DNA of 64,000 nucleotides from Owenia fusiformis (Eukaryota): NCBI GenBank assembly GCA_903813345.2, contig CAIIXF020000001.1, positions 37,138,001 to 37,202,000 of the forward strand, read 5' to 3'. Shown piece by piece: positions 62,601 to 64,000 of this stretch (position 1 is its first letter; each line of letters starts with the position of its first letter). The notes under the pieces were generated by a model. It saw only the letters and a program-made list of their open reading frames with translations, ran no database searches and was not told where the DNA came from. The position numbers and the translations under genes were made by a program.

Positions 62601-63683
62601 ATATGACGCCCTTGTTTCTGGATCTGTTAAAACACGCGGTTCTTTTTTATAATCGTTAAAGATACTTTGGCATCTAACGTTTACACAGAGCATTCCTGAG
62701 GTATGGCTAAAATATATGGAACACATTGTCTTGAGCTCTAACCAAACAATCAAGTCTTGATATATGTTTCACAAATGCATGTTTCACAGAACTAGAACCA
62801 AGACTGTGAAATAAAAAATATTAGTATCATCGAGCTCGGCCAATTGTCTTTTGAGCTCATAGGCTTAACGATACGTGTACATATCTCGAGTATCTTTATG
62901 GGATTTTGCGAGAGAATATACGTTTTATGTTAAGGGTGACGCATATCGTTTAAGCTAAGTTCACACCAACGGCGCTTTGATGGCGCTTTAAAGCGCCGTG
63001 CAAAGCCGCTCGTCTCTTGTGTTGCTCACCGTTTAGTATGAAAGGCCCGATCCCGGAATAATACTCAAGGGTTCACAGGCTCGAGGTCGTAAAGTTGTAC
63101 TTGTCAACACCTCTAACTGTTACATAGCATAAGTACTGGTATATTATAGATCGTCACACATTTATAAAAGGTAGATTTTTACTTTGAGTGAATTTTCAGG
63201 ATCTTCTATTTGTGTATAATAAGGAAAAATCTAAATTCCCCCATAACATTTTATAACACAGCTTGGCATATGAAACATCTTCCAAATGAAACAAAACAAG
63301 GATTTATATTGGCTGTTGTACATGTATTCTTTGAACAATCACTCTCTCAATAATGTTTTCAGAATCATTATAAACGGATTACTTCATCTCAAAGACAATT
63401 TCAATAAACTGGATTTTACAACTCCCATTATTTCCCAAGTTATCAATGAAAGGATATTTACTTTTAATATTTTGAATTGTGGAAATACAGCTGTGTTCAT
63501 ATTTTCTGCATAGATTCATCTTCGTCATGAAGTTTTTAGCATACTGCTTGCGGGCGTTTTTAGGTACTCCACCGAATCCATTGAGACACAAACGATGTTG
63601 CCAAAATCTCCCATCACATTCGAAAAAGTAACATGCGTCATCAGGATCAGACATTTTCCAACCGGTAATTTTTAAAGAACATT
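56684..63683 (-). CDS. Gene A (5'-incomplete in window): paralogous chitin-binding-like / knottin / Sushi / vWA protein
   Basis: Exons: 63683-63462 (6-Cys domain), 62623-62480, 60572-60447, 60198-60112 (knottin-like), 59319-59214 + 59058-58958 and 58793-58617 (Sushi), 58258-58139, 57750-57664 (knottin-like), 57539-57135 and 56940-56684 (vWA, stop TAA). The 3' half is highly similar to gene B, including parts of the introns. No signal-peptide exon was found in the window. Confidence 0.8.
59340..59970. mobile_element. 631-bp insertion with inverted ~110 bp ends and 13-bp TSD (possibly Penelope-like remnant)
   Basis: TSD ATAATGTAAAGTA (59327-59339, 59971-59983); inverted repeats ~59367-59478 / 59855-59966. 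Confidence 0.7.
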
Positions 63684-64000
63684 CTAGAAATAGTCAATAT
63701 ATATATATATATTGAAAGATATAATTTGACATTTCCCAAATAGACCTACAAAAAGTATTGGTCTGCTCTTTTCTCTCGAGAACCAACTGTAATTCCCATT
63801 CAATTGCCGTATGGATTAATGCATAAGCATGAGGATTTATCCCCGTCCTTTTCAGATCTTGAAAGTTAGAAATTATACATCTTAAAAATGGAACTTCAAC
63901 TAGATTTCAAAGGTAAATTGGCAACAAGGCTTCTAAAATTTCTTCGCCTACGTTTATTGCATTCAGATTTAGTTCTTCAATGAAATTAATTTATAATTAC

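Noticed and set aside
2054..63683. One giant gene with repeated vWA domains
   Set aside because: Each vWA ends in a stop (56684, 10498, 2054) and separate signal-peptide exons exist at 29357 and 9783, so these are three genes.

Overview
AT-rich eukaryotic (invertebrate-like) genomic DNA with spliceosomal introns; no rRNA, tRNA or CRISPR features were seen. The minus strand carries a tandem array of three paralogous multi-exon genes for secreted modular proteins: signal peptide, chitin-binding-like Cys domain, several knottin-like (C-C-CC-C-C) modules, two optional Sushi/CCP domains, and a C-terminal vWA domain. Gene C (9783-2054) and gene B (29357-10498) are complete; gene A (>63683-56684) lacks its first exon in the window. 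The rest is largely nested transposons. (i) A 5'-truncated LINE (ORF1 tail + APE-RT ORF2, ~12970-21460, minus) is split by a 4.5 kb long-TIR element, which itself contains a MITE. (ii) A foldback element (34921-49877) contains a decayed Sola1-like element with an OTU-like remnant (36201-46733), which in turn contains an apparently intact Sola1-like element (40259-46507) carrying an F-box/LRR gene directly upstream of a 984-aa transposase. (iii) There are many MITEs and hairpins. The most unexpected signal is in the LINE: ORF1 and the ATG-less start of ORF2 are in frame across a single UAG, and the 13 nt starting 8 nt after that UAG are perfectly complementary to a segment of the element's own 3' UTR about 3.6 kb away. 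This is the architecture of long-range stop-codon readthrough elements known from plant RNA viruses. All exon structures and family assignments were made by eye, without database searches.
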